Source: Cenococcum geophilum
Lineage: Eukaryota
Length of the DNA stretch: 64,000 nucleotides
Reading direction: 5' to 3'
Assembly: GCA_050273025.1 (NCBI GenBank)
Contig: CP158635.1
Coordinates: 2,108,001 to 2,172,000, forward strand
This document shows, piece by piece, positions 25,156-36,576 of the stretch. The notes below the pieces were generated by a model. It worked only from the letters and a program-made list of their open reading frames with translations. It had not been told where the DNA came from and made no database searches. Position 1 is the stretch's first letter. Every line of letters begins with the position of its first letter. A program made the translations under genes and the position numbers.

Positions 25156-25730
25156 TTACCGGTTGCAGAGGTAGCTCCCGACATCGTCGTTCCAGCTAGG
25201 GCGACTAGCCAGGTTTGGTTCTCCAGGTGAGACTAAATGGAGTCCTTGGCCAATATTGTAACAGTTGGCGTTTCTGCAAATGATCAGCGTTAGCGCAGAA
25301 ACTTTTGGAGGTGGATCTTCGCCGTGAGTGGACGTACGTGACCAAGGTGCAAATGCAACCATCATCGATGCTGAAGGAAGACACGGAATTGATACTGCGG
25401 ATGATTGTAAGTAAGAAGATAGAGATTGCGAGAGCGACAATGTGGTAGTGTTACTGACTAATCTAGGCCAATCTGTGCCATTGAAACACATTGACCAGCT
25501 GGACCTGTAGTGACCACGCCTTCACCTCCAAAATTGACATCGGTGCTCAATGTAACCTGCCACAACTCCACTTAGTACTATTTACGGTTTGTCAAAGTTT
25601 TTAGCGGTAGACTCACCTGGCATGTATCTTGGGCACTCCCAACGACAATTTTCCTGAAAGAGGAGGCGGGCAACGCATGGCAAATGGCTACAAGCCCCAA
25701 GAAAGCGGCGCCGAGGATTGAACGGTACAT
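25156..25730 (-). CDS. 128-aa small secreted Cys-rich protein, beta/gamma-crystallin-like; exons 25730-25617, 25556-25459, 25394-25338, 25273-25156
   Basis: Three canonical GT-AG introns give an open 128-aa frame: signal peptide MYRSILGAAFLGLVAICHA, STDVNFGG, INSVSSFSIDDGCICTL, and WNDDVGSYLC. Six Cys in the mature part. Confidence 0.8.
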
Positions 25731-27515
25731 TTCAATAGGGTCTAATCGGAGGGTTTTGGTGTACGAATCTGAGCCGTGATCTTGTGAATGGATTTGTTTG
25801 CTAACGTGAATGGGGTCTGAAAATGAATTCCAAAACGGTTATGGAAGGAGAATGGTGGGTAGTCGCCCTCTTTTTATGTCGGCAAGGTGTTCGCCACAGC
25901 AGTGGTCCCTTCTTATACGTTGAGGAAATTGGAATGGAGTTCGATGTCCTTTTGCCGCAAATGGCAAGCATGGTTGCGGTTTCCGCAGGAAGCCACGTCC
26001 TGGAATAATACCTCAGGGTCTCTCAGGCCTCGGATTCAACGACAATGCACATGTGTCAGAGCTGTTTTGTTGGCAGCAGTGAAATTTAGCTAGGTCATGA
26101 TGTTCTAGCCCTACGTTACACAAAAAGACGGTATGCTATGATTTGATATGAGATGCTTCGTGGCTCTTGACCAAGGTACATGACAGACCGTCACCATGAG
26201 GGGCATCGGGAAAGGGCTTGCAAACACTTGTCATGCTCCGTCAAGATCGATTAAGTTGATGGTTGGACAAGGTTGTGAAACATTACAGCGGCGTTGCACC
26301 AACCCCGCATGGTACCGGTACGGCTGCTGGATTAGAACCGTGGATGCAGAAGGTAAGAACATATCTAGGAAAAGTATAATGACAACACGAGCTCTAAACT
26401 GGATATGAAAAAGAAGAACAGTCGGGTTATATTCAGAGATAGAATTCTTCAAAGATGACTTGAGAAACCGAATAATAGGAGTCATGGTTTGTTCAAGCTA
26501 GGGAGGTAGCATCATAGCTGTGTGCAGGTGACTTTAGCTTGCCTCGAGGAGATCTGATGACCGAGCAGTGTTCAACGGTTGGTGATACTGGAATGAAGCT
26601 CTTGAAAATGTTGTGGTAAGTAAATATAGTACCTGCTACAGTGTGTAGCATTTGAAAAGAATTGAAATATAGTCAAAAGGTTGGTTCGTTGTCAGGCGGA
26701 ACAAAGCAGGTCACTTGAAGAAACCCCGAGCCCGGCTACCCAACCATCCTCTGGCAGCACATCGCGAATAGCGGCAGTGAATGCAATATCATGGAGATGT
26801 TGTAGATGTTGTGCTCGAGTATAGACCGGATCACACTGGGTGCTTTCTGGCTCTCTCGCTTCTTGTGGTGAGCTAGACCGAGCAGAGATAAATCTGTGGA
26901 CTTGACCGACAGAGGTCAGAGCAGACAGGCAAGCCTACTCATGTCACGCAAATACTGACGCCGTAACGCTGCGTTCGAGGTTGAGAAGAGATATCCGCAA
27001 GTAGAAAGGCGCACGGACCGGAGCACACATTCTGGAAGGGTCACCGAGCCCTGGTGCTTGGTTTTGGTTAACGTCCCTATTTAGGCATTTCCCTAGATGA
27101 CTCGACGGTTGAAGTTTGTGGGTTTAAGATGTGGACTTGGCCATTATTTTGATCTCCAAAGCTCTCCAAAAGGAGTTTAGGGCTGTATTGAAAGTCTCGG
27201 TTCATGGGACTGTACCACTTACCAAATCCTTATCAGTTGTCACCACCTCAACACTACAAGCTCCATCACATCACCAGCTTCGTGATACAAACACCTAGAA
27301 TGGTGATAATAAGTGAGGATCTACGGTATAGGTTTGGTAGACTGGTTTTTATGTCTTTAAACGAGCCATACATTGAGATAACCTCGCGGCGATAAGCAAG
27401 AAAACATTCCTAACGCTTATCTCCCTTGTACCATCTTCCATCCCAAATATCTTAGATCTAATTCATTCTGCTCTCTCAAGGTTTCTTCTCTTCGCTTTCC
27501 TATTCTAGCGCTGCA

Positions 27516-28856
27516 ATGTCGTCAAATTCATCTAAGATACAACCCCGAATAATCATCCATGGCGGCGCTGGCAATATTTCCCGCGCAAACCTTACACCGG
27601 CAGCCCACGCTGCGTATCGTAAATCCCTCCTCACCGTAACCTCCTCAGCCTCCTCGTTCCTTGACAAACCACAAGCTACTGCTCTCGATGTTGCCACCCA
27701 TGCCGTTTCGCTATTGGAAGACGACCCTCTCTTCAATGCCGGCAAAGGCGCGGTCTTCACGCGCGCTGGGACTAATGAGCTCGAATCCAGCATTATGGTA
27801 TCAAACGGGCCGCGCAAGCGCGGCGTTGGATGTATGCTGCTGACTCATGTAAAAAACCCCATTAAACTGGCACGAGAAATGCTTTTACGAGGAGAGCTTG
27901 GAGACGGAGGAGGTGCTCAAGGACACTGTCAACTTTCTGGGGAATATCTGGAGAGTTTAGCGAAGGAGTGGGGTCTTGAAATGGTCGAGCAGACATACTT
28001 CTTTACGCAGAGGAGGTGGGATGAACACCAGAGAGGGCTGAAAGTTGGGCAGGAACTAGTATCATCGATTGCGCAGTTTCATGATCCCTTCTCAGCCTGG
28101 CCAAATAATTCTAGCGTAACTAAACCTGCATATCGAGGATCAGAGAAAGATCCATCTTGGGATGGAAAGGAATATTTGCCACAGGGAACCGTTGGAGCAG
28201 TAGTGCTTGATAGTTTCGGGACGGTTTGTGTAGCAACATCGACGGGCGGCCTCACGAATAAGTTACCTGGCCGCATCGGGGATACCCCGACACTTGGCGC
28301 CGGATTCTGGGCTGAGGAGTGGTTTGAAGAGATATCACCACCTCAGATGCTCTATCAGCCCATCATTCAGCCGCCTCATCCCTCATCATCAATAGACAAG
28401 CTTTCCCGCGGTAATCTCCCAGGCTTCATAGCCGGCTGCTTTCCTTCAGTTTCTATTGCCTCGTCTTCATCCCACCCCCAAACATCCACAAAGCCGTACT
28501 CAGAGCAGCCAGTTTCAACTCGCCGCCATGCAGTGGCCATGTCCGGCACTGGCAATGGTGATTCATTCCTCCGAGTAAGCGCCGTCCGGACTGCAGCGGC
28601 CATTTCTCGATTCTCTACTCCAAATCTTCCATTAGCAGTTGCTATCTCTCGAGTTGCTGGATCTGGTGGGGAACTCCAAAAGTCAGCAGGAGAGCGCTGG
28701 GGTAATACCGGTGAAGGAGAAGGTGGGATCATCGGTATTGAGCTTGTAGGTTCTGAGAGCACTATCGTAGCAGACTTTAATTGTGGTGGCATGTTCAGAG
28801 CTTGGGTTGACGACGAAGGAAAACAGAGGTGCATGGTGTTTAAAGATGAGTATTGA
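27516..28856 (+). CDS. Type-2 L-asparaginase / isoaspartyl peptidase (Ntn-hydrolase)
   Basis: IIIHGGAGNI, LEDDPLFNAGKGAVFT, autocleavage nucleophile in QG|TVGAV, ATSTGGLTNKLPGRIGDTP, SGTGNGDSF, FNCGGMFRA. Confidence 0.93.
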   Translation: MSSNSSKIQPRIIIHGGAGNISRANLTPAAHAAYRKSLLTVTSSASSFLDKPQATALDVATHAVSLLEDDPLFNAGKGAVFTRAGTNELESSIMVSNGPRKRGVGCMLLTHVKNPIKLAREMLLRGELGDGGGAQGHCQLSGEYLESLAKEWGLEMVEQTYFFTQRRWDEHQRGLKVGQELVSSIAQFHDPFSAWPNNSSVTKPAYRGSEKDPSWDGKEYLPQGTVGAVVLDSFGTVCVATSTGGLTNKLPGRIGDTPTLGAGFWAEEWFEEISPPQMLYQPIIQPPHPSSSIDKLSRGNLPGFIAGCFPSVSIASSSSHPQTSTKPYSEQPVSTRRHAVAMSGTGNGDSFLRVSAVRTAAAISRFSTPNLPLAVAISRVAGSGGELQKSAGERWGNTGEGEGGIIGIELVGSESTIVADFNCGGMFRAWVDDEGKQRCMVFKDEY

Positions 28857-30272
28857 GTTAACTATAAAGGGATGCATCTGTGAGTTTTGGGTATCGATAG
28901 GTTCCTGACATAGAGTTTCAATACTTAACTGAAGAGTGATGCCTTGTTACAATACTTCCTTTCCGAAATCCAGTCTATACATGAACAAGGCCACGGAGGA
29001 CTAATGACTCACTATTCATAAGATATCAGCGAGAAAAATTCAATGGATTATTCCCAATGCCAAATGAAACGCAAAACTAAAAAATAAAACACCTAACGCA
29101 GAAGAGATACCAAAACTTAATGCCTCCACCCCTCTTTCTGACCCCAAACCCGCCCACTCAACTCCCGGGTAATAGCAAACAATAGAAATAGAGCCCACTC
29201 ACCTCATGCTCCTCCAAATGCAGCAGCATTAACCTCCTGTCTGCCAGCACCGCCAAGAGGAAACAAAGTTCTCCAAGTCCCCGTCGTTCCCTCTCCTACA
29301 ACCGTTCTAGCCCGAAGTCGAAGCGAATCTGGAAGTGACGCAATAAAACCCACGCCAAGAGGTTCTATCGCAATCACCCGTGTCACAAACTGGCTGCTAA
29401 GCTCGAGGATCTCGTTTAACTTAATTAAAACGTTGCCGGCTTTCTTACTCTGTCCTAAATGGCTTCAGGTTGCTCCTAGGGGATTTTATAAGGGCCTTGA
29501 GGATATCCAGGTTCAGTTGAAATAGCCTAATGCTATTCTAAAAACGCCTAACCCGTTTTACGCTCAACTCCCCTCAATCTAGACCCTAGTCATGGACCAA
29601 AGTGACCCACGTAGCCATGTGCCACATTAGTAGGCCATGAAAAAAAGGCAACCGTACAGCCACCACATGCATCATGCACATACAAGGATCTTGCCTCTCG
29701 CCACCACATCTTCCCACATGTCCTTCGCGCATTTGCCCTCTTTTTGAGAAATTTAGATCATGCGGCGTGTTAGATGAGCTAATAACAGGTGGTCAAAGCT
29801 GCACGGAATATTGCAAGGCTGAGCCTAGGCGCCGTTAGCTGTCTAGAGTTTCGTCTAGAGTAGAGCAAGCGCATGAGTTTTACCTGAATCTATTCGTCTG
29901 CCCGGCACCGTGAGTCTCCAAGGTGCATAATCATGTGGGCACAAGTAAACCTCCCATTTTCCATCCTGGAGTAGAGTATTATCTCAGCGATCGCCTAAAA
30001 ACACTAACAATCATACCGGCAGAACTAGGGAAAGGCTTGAGTTCGTATTTAGCTACCACCGGACTCAAGAAATGCATATGCTATTCACGGAGTAGGATAA
30101 AATGGGACGTATTGCGGGGTGTCAATCGGACGTCCGTGCACCGATTGTAAGAAAAGATTGAGGACTCTGTCTATTGAATGGTGGCTCTAGAGCCTCTATA
30201 TATACATAGGAAAGGTGTAGGAAATGAGAACGAGAAGGGGGTAGGGGGGTGGCAATGGAAACAAGGGGTAGG

Positions 30273-30322
30273 TGACTGAGTCGATGATCGAGTCAATGAT
30301 TGAGTCAATGACTGAGTCAATG
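30273..30322. repeat. 12-bp tandem repeat (TGAYYGAGTCRA) x4
   Basis: Units tgactgagtcga, tgatcgagtcaa, tgattgagtcaa, tgactgagtcaa. Confidence 0.85.
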
Positions 30323-31198
30323 GGAGGCAGCTGAGTCGGTGATAAGATAACCTGATTCAGGTCGACACGGGGGCTAGACTTTGAAAGACGCTCAATATGG
30401 AGTAGAAGATGAAAACTGAAGACATGGTTATTGAGATGTGTAGCCAATTAGTACTAAACGAAATATTTATTCCATAAGAAGAAACTGCCAACGCCAAAGT
30501 TTTCCAAAACACCATGAAAATTCGTATCCACGCCAAGACTTCTGAAATTTAACTCCACAAAACTCTGTGAAAGGTCGTATCCGGCCGTCAGTCATTTAGT
30601 CATGAAGTGTGCGCAAATGCAGCCTAGATTTCCGGACTCGACGGTACGCTGCGAGAGACTGGCTCCAGCGCTCCGTCCACGCTTGGGATCTGGCCTAAAA
30701 CATAGATGTGTTCAATCTTGCCGCGCTTCCGCTGCAACTTCGTATGGAATCCCAATCTACTTAGATTGACAGTTGCAAGAAAAATCTTGGCTTTCTTCGG
30801 ACCGATTTCAAGAAATACGTGAGTGACTTGTCTGTCCGACATTAAGTGCCTGGTGCCAGGGAGAATTGCAGTGACGCAGGAATTGGAAGTCCTGAGTAAG
30901 AAACATGCTACTATGCAATGCAGTTTAGTAGATCACTCTTTAAAGATCTTCGTCGCAAATGTTATCGCCTTTGCTTTTCTGTGGTGTTGTAATGTGTACT
31001 ATCTCGTCTAGAAGTGAACTGAAGTAATTTCACTTCACTAGATCGACCAAAGCGGCGGGGGTCCTTCACCTACTTATTTTTTCTCCTCATTTAAGTCTCA
31101 CCTTCACGCCTTTCCAAGGTCCATCACCTCTACCTCTACCTCTTCTGCTCATACCATATCAGGTCACTATCGACACATCGATCAGAGCAGCTTTAACA

Positions 31199-31915
31199 AT
31201 GAACCCACCTAATCCCCCTCAGCCAGATTATGCTGCCCTAAACACTGCATTTGGAAATATTCGCCAATCACTGTTGGCCATCTCAGCCGAATGCACGACC
31301 TTGGAAGCATGTTTCTCTACAGTCCAGCAAGAAGTAGGACGAATGGCAAATCAACCAACGAATGTTCTACTGTCACAACAGATCCAAGCCTTACGGAGGC
31401 AGACACAAGATGGTGCCACCAGACATGCTGCTCAGGTCACAGCGAGGTAATCAGGTCTTAAAGCCCAGGCTTGCCGGAAAACTATGCTGACATACTCTTC
31501 CTTACAGCCGGGCAAATGCAGAAGCCAGAGTGGAAAACATGCGGGTCATCACCCTGACTGCACCCTTGAGTCCAATAGTACATGAGGACACAAACCAAGA
31601 CTTCGCGACGTGGCTCGGAGCACATGCAAACCAGAATTACGGCGCCCAGGCTGGCACATGGCTATTCCCAGCTGATGTGAATGCGCTCAATGGACTCAGG
31701 TCACGTAAGCGATATGCCTCTCTCCTGATGCTGAAGAAAGAATCTTACTAAAACTAAATCAACTAGGTCGCCACATCCGAGCCCTCTGCGAATTCTTGCA
31801 AATCCCACAAGGGATATGGCCGGCTGTTGCCCCCAACATTGCGAATGCGTCGGTTGCGGAGAGGAATCTGATACTGCCCGTATTTCGTACAAAATTGGGA
31901 CTTTCTCCGGTTTGA
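31199..31915 (+). CDS. 197-aa Mug135/DUF1773-like fungal protein; exons 31199-31446, 31508-31704, 31767-31915
   Basis: Two canonical introns (GTAATC..GCTGAC..CAG and GTAAGC..CTAA..TAG) join ORFs into an open frame. It reads PDYAAL, a coiled coil, NAEARVEN...APLSPI...FPADVNALN...IRALCEFL, and ends FRTKLGL. Family assignment is by resemblance. Confidence 0.7.
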
Positions 31916-32204
31916 TGATATGGCGTGTCTTGACGAGAGCGAGTAGTTACGATCGACTGGGATGGCTTAGCCATAGGGAGTATTTCAGCTTCATGGCACT
32001 CAGAAGGCTATTGGAATACTAAAACAAAAAATGAACAAAAGGTAGCCATAAAGCTACTCTTAATTAATGATATTGTAGTAACTTTCGTGATGTACCACTC
32101 TATGCCTAGTGTGACTTTCCTAAAACGTGGCGCGGGGATCTTTATTCAACACTATCGCTTTAGGCAAATGACTTTAAATTAGGTCTTAGGCTGATATTTA
32201 TATA

Positions 32205-32915
32205 ACGTAATAGCTACCTAGACGAGACGGCTACCTAAGCTAGACACCTTATTAACTACTAAAAATCCGTTAACTTTAACTTACTATAACTATATTAATA
32301 TTAAGAGTTTTTAAATATAATTTTAAATATAAAATTTAATATTGTAAAAAGTTAGTTATATTAAAAGAACTTTAATTATAATAGTGTAGAAGGATATAGG
32401 CTTTTATAGATAGGAAGTTATAGTACTATTAGTTTAAATCAGTTAGTAAATAAGTAGTTAGTAAAGAGAGAAGAAAAGAGTATATTAAAGGAAAACTATA
32501 TATCTATCGCCCTTATCTAAGTTATTAAAAACTCTAGGGCTTTAAACCGATTTATATAACTATAAAAGGCCTAAGCTCTCCCAAAGCTATACCCAATCTA
32601 GATATTAAACCTAGGGGGCTAAATTATACTACTATATACCTTCTTTACCTAAGTTATTATCCCCTAACAACCTTTAAAACTCCTTACTTCTCCCTATCTT
32701 TAAAATAAAGGTACGGCTAGTAACTATATAACTTCCTTACCCTTACTATAAACCTAAGATAGTAAATAAAGAGACTCTATTCTAGTTAAATAAAACCACT
32801 TTTATCTGCTTAACGGGATAGTATAAAAGGTATTAGACTGGCGGCTTTTAGATAATGTAGCTCTTTTATATCCTTTTATTTACTTAGTTCTATCCTATAG
32901 TTCTTTAGGTAACTC
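32205..32915. mobile_element. One end of a RIPed Tc1/mariner (Fot1/pogo-like) element, interrupted by Gypsy A
   Basis: TA followed by ACGTAATAGCTACC..., resembling the ACGTRAT start of the Fot1-like TIR at 34747. Abrupt onset of RIP composition. The other end is not in the window. Confidence 0.4.
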
Positions 32916-33303
32916 TATTACGGACCTTATATTAATAGTAGTATAACTACTAAGAAGAGATATAAATAAGTTGGTTAAGATAGTATAAAAGGCGCTAAAA
33001 CTAATTAAGCTATAGGATAAGGGGTAGCTAAGTTACGTAGCTGGTTACATTATAAGTTTGAAATATAGAAATGTAGGAATATAGGAATATAATATACTAA
33101 TATACTAACGTACTAATATACTTAAAGGACTATAGTCCCTACCTAGATAGTTCTCTTTTTTATAGTAAATCTTAGAATATAATTAGAGTTAATTTATTAG
33201 GCAACTACTCCACTAGTTATATTATTGTTATTAACTATTCTATACCTATATACCTAGCCTATTAATAAGTCTACTATAGTATTTCCTATAAGGCTTTGTT
33301 ATA
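32916..33303 (+). repeat. 5' LTR of Gypsy A
   Basis: TATTACGGACC start (RIPed TGTTAC), ends GTTATA; colinear with 57174-57565. Confidence 0.85.
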
Positions 33304-34746
33304 CATTTACTACTAAGGTTATAGTAAAGGAAGTCAAATAATATGCTACTAAAAGTACTAGTTATAACGCCGTTAATGGTAGCAACTACTTTAGAATTAG
33401 GTAATAATATTAGTATAGTAAATACTAACTCTTAACTAGTTACGGTTGGATAACTATAAGTAATAGTTAATTAATTAATAGATAATAATAGGATACTTAA
33501 AGAAAGGATTAATGGGATTAAAGTAGTAAAGGTTAAGCTATTATCTATTAAGCAATTCTTAGGCAAGAAGTTAAAACTTAAGGGATTCCTTATATAAATA
33601 CACTTTAAGGTTATATAAAAAGGAGCGAAGCTAGTAATACCTATAGATTAAATAGCCTATATAGGATTGTTCCTAATAGGAAGGGCACTTAAGTAGTTTA
33701 AACCTTATCTTATAAAGGTATAAAAAAGCGGCATAGCAACTACTAACTAGGAGGTACGGTATATATTTACTAGTTAGAATAGGTTTACGAAATGCCTAAT
33801 ATAAGTATTTAAAGACTTAAAAGTAACTACTATAGTAGAATAAAAGCTTTAAAACTCAATATAGCGAACCTTAACAATTAATTATATAATATAGTTTTAG
33901 ATATTAGCTATATAAGTTAAATATAATAATAAGGCACTTATAGCATAGTATAAATAGGGACTTAAAGTAAAAGTCTAAAACGTAATTATTTTAATAGAAG
34001 ATGCGGATACCCTAAGGGAACTAATTAATTAAGTAATTAAGATTAATAATAGGATCTACTAAAGGGAACAGACTAAAAAGGGTTAAAATAGAGTTCCATA
34101 GTTATATAAGGCGTAAAGTACGTAATAATAGAGTTAAAGTTAAAAACTATAGTATAATATAGAGCTAATAGACCTAAGCGGTACTAAAGAAACCTATAAA
34201 AGATAAATAAAAAGACTATAAAAACCTAGAGAATAAGGATTAAGTAATTATAGGTTTAGGAAGTAAAGGCTAAACTAGGGATTTTAGTAGTAGAAGATAT
34301 TTAAGCGGACTCTATAGTAAGAAAAATAGTTTAAAGATAGAGCTTATATAAACCATAAAAAATAGGGTTATTTTGCTAAAGACTATAGAGGTAGTTAGTA
34401 TAGCTATATAGTAAAGGAAACTAGACTAGTAGATAGTATATATATATAGAGGGATAATAGTAAACTATAAGGAATAAAAAAATGTTTAATTAATTATTTC
34501 GCGTTTTATTATAATAACGTATACTAAGTTTATAAAAACGCTAAGTATAGCGTAAGCTATTAGCTATAGAAGCCGAAAATACTAGAGTTTAGAGAAACTA
34601 ATAAACTATTATACAGATTGGATATTAAAGACAATAAGTTTAATATAGGTAAAATATTTACTAATAATAAGGCAATAAAAGCAGCTTACTAGGAGTATAT
34701 AAACCTTAAAATAGTTATATTAGAAGTAGAGACTAAAACCGCTATA

Positions 34747-36576
34747 ACGTGATCCACTACCAAGTGGCGCTTACCACTATGTCCCCCACCACTAAAACGC
34801 GACCCGTTCTATAACTACTACTATAATAGCCACACCACAACAATAAGAAGCCTTGCATAGAGAGGGCAGATTAGCTCTTGCTCTTAACGCCTACAAGTAG
34901 GGCCAAATTACAGCCCTTAAAACCGCCGCGAATATATCTGATGTTTTCCTAACAACAGCTATATAACGCGCTGCCGGTATATAACCAAAACGCGGTTCTT
35001 ATGCGTTAAACAGCCTTCTTACATCTATGTAAGAAGAAAGTCTTAAGCAGTGGATTCTATTAATGGATTAACGCGGTATGCCACCCAGAATCGTAACTAT
35101 ACGGTAGATGGCTGGTATTCTAGCTACATAGCGCGTTAAATTAGCTACCCTATTACTAGTTGGCCTAAATTAGGTATTAAGATTTATTAATCGCTATAAT
35201 AATCTAAAATCCAAATATAATTGTAAGTATAATTATTAATAAGCTAAATGCGAAGTCCATACGCTTATTTAGGGCTAGTTTAAATATATTTAAGATATAA
35301 AGATATAATATAGGATTCTTAATAAGGATACTTAGAATTTTAATAAGAGTGGCTTCTAGATAGGTATTATTACAACTATAAAAGTTGTTACTAGAACTAA
35401 CTATACTAGCTAGCCTAGAATAGTATAGCTAGGTAATTAAGAATGGGTTATAATTGTTAAGTGTATTAATGCCCTAGGGGTTATAATTCCACTACTTATT
35501 ATCTTTAAGGTAGTAATGCACTAGGCTGCCTAGTATAAGGATAGTATTATACTATACAACTGGTTAATTAGTGTTAGTAATAATAGTTAGATAATAAATA
35601 AGATTAGCCTAATTTAGCTATTTCTATTTTATAAGCATATAAAGGATCGCACGGTTAGTACGCATTAGCTACTAGTACTAGATGGCCATAATAGCTATAT
35701 ATTACCTAAATTTGATTAGTTCTGCTTAGATTACTAGATAGTTATCCTCTATATAATAGCATATTTATCGCATCTACTACAGCCGCTAGATGTAGGCTGT
35801 TTCTCGGTTCTTAAGCAATTATATAAACGCCTTATTAAACAGCTTATAGGCCGTGGCGTTAACTATATTAATAAGTACGAGTTCCTACTACTATATAGAC
35901 AGGCTAGGCGGGCAGCATTATATTAGAATAATATATAGGCAGGATTTGTAGCTACTAGCCTTGTTCTATACAGCCTCAATCGCGTGCTATTGCAGCTATA
36001 GGCCGAATATTAGATACCATTACCCTAACGCCGTTTACTATCTTAGATAGCCGAAATACTTTATAATATTACTAAGCTATAAAAGTAGACAGTCTTACTA
36101 AAGCGCTATTTTAAGTAGTATATATATAGCCTACCAAGTCTAATAGAATAAGCCCTTAGCCAACTTATTAAGGGGTGCGAAATGGCGGTATTAAGCGCTG
36201 TGCTACTTATAAGCAAAAATGAAAAGCTATATATGGAAAACCAGCGCTAAAAAAGGAAGAGGGCAAAGAAGCGCACGTATATAGCTAGAGGGGGTGTTCT
36301 ATTAGGAGCAGAAGGGGCCTCTTGTACACAAGCTGCCCAAAAGGAGGCAGTAGAGGGGGTAGTAGAGGCAGCAGCCGAGCGACCGTAATGAGCACTACGC
36401 AAGTGCAGCATGTGCCAATCGACAGAACACACAGCACGTACGTGCCCTAGGCAACTAGCTAGTAAATAGCTATACTAAATATAATTATTTGTGGTTAAGT
36501 AACTCGTATTTTTCGCGCCGTAAGTTTTAGTGGGGGGACCACATAGTAGTAAGCGCCACTTAGTAATGGATTACGT
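34747..36576 (+). mobile_element. Complete Fot1/pogo-like Tc1/mariner transposon (1830 bp), RIPed, inserted in Gypsy A gag
   Basis: About 36-bp TIRs ACGTGATCCACTACCAAGTGGCGCTTACCACTATGT. TA TSD at 34745-34746 and 36577-36578. Transposase motifs EEESLKQWIL, LLVLDGH, HLLQPLDVGCF and a C-terminal CSMCQSTEHTARTCP knuckle. Confidence 0.93.

Noticed and set aside
29204..29520. Short minus-strand open frame (VIAIEPLGVGFIASLPDSLRLRART...)
   Set aside because: No ATG, an upstream stop, and no family recognised; cannot be supported as a gene.
18500..32000. Possibility that the accessory genes are Starship cargo or a biosynthetic cluster
   Set aside because: No tyrosine-recombinase captain, no backbone enzyme and no element boundaries are visible in the window.
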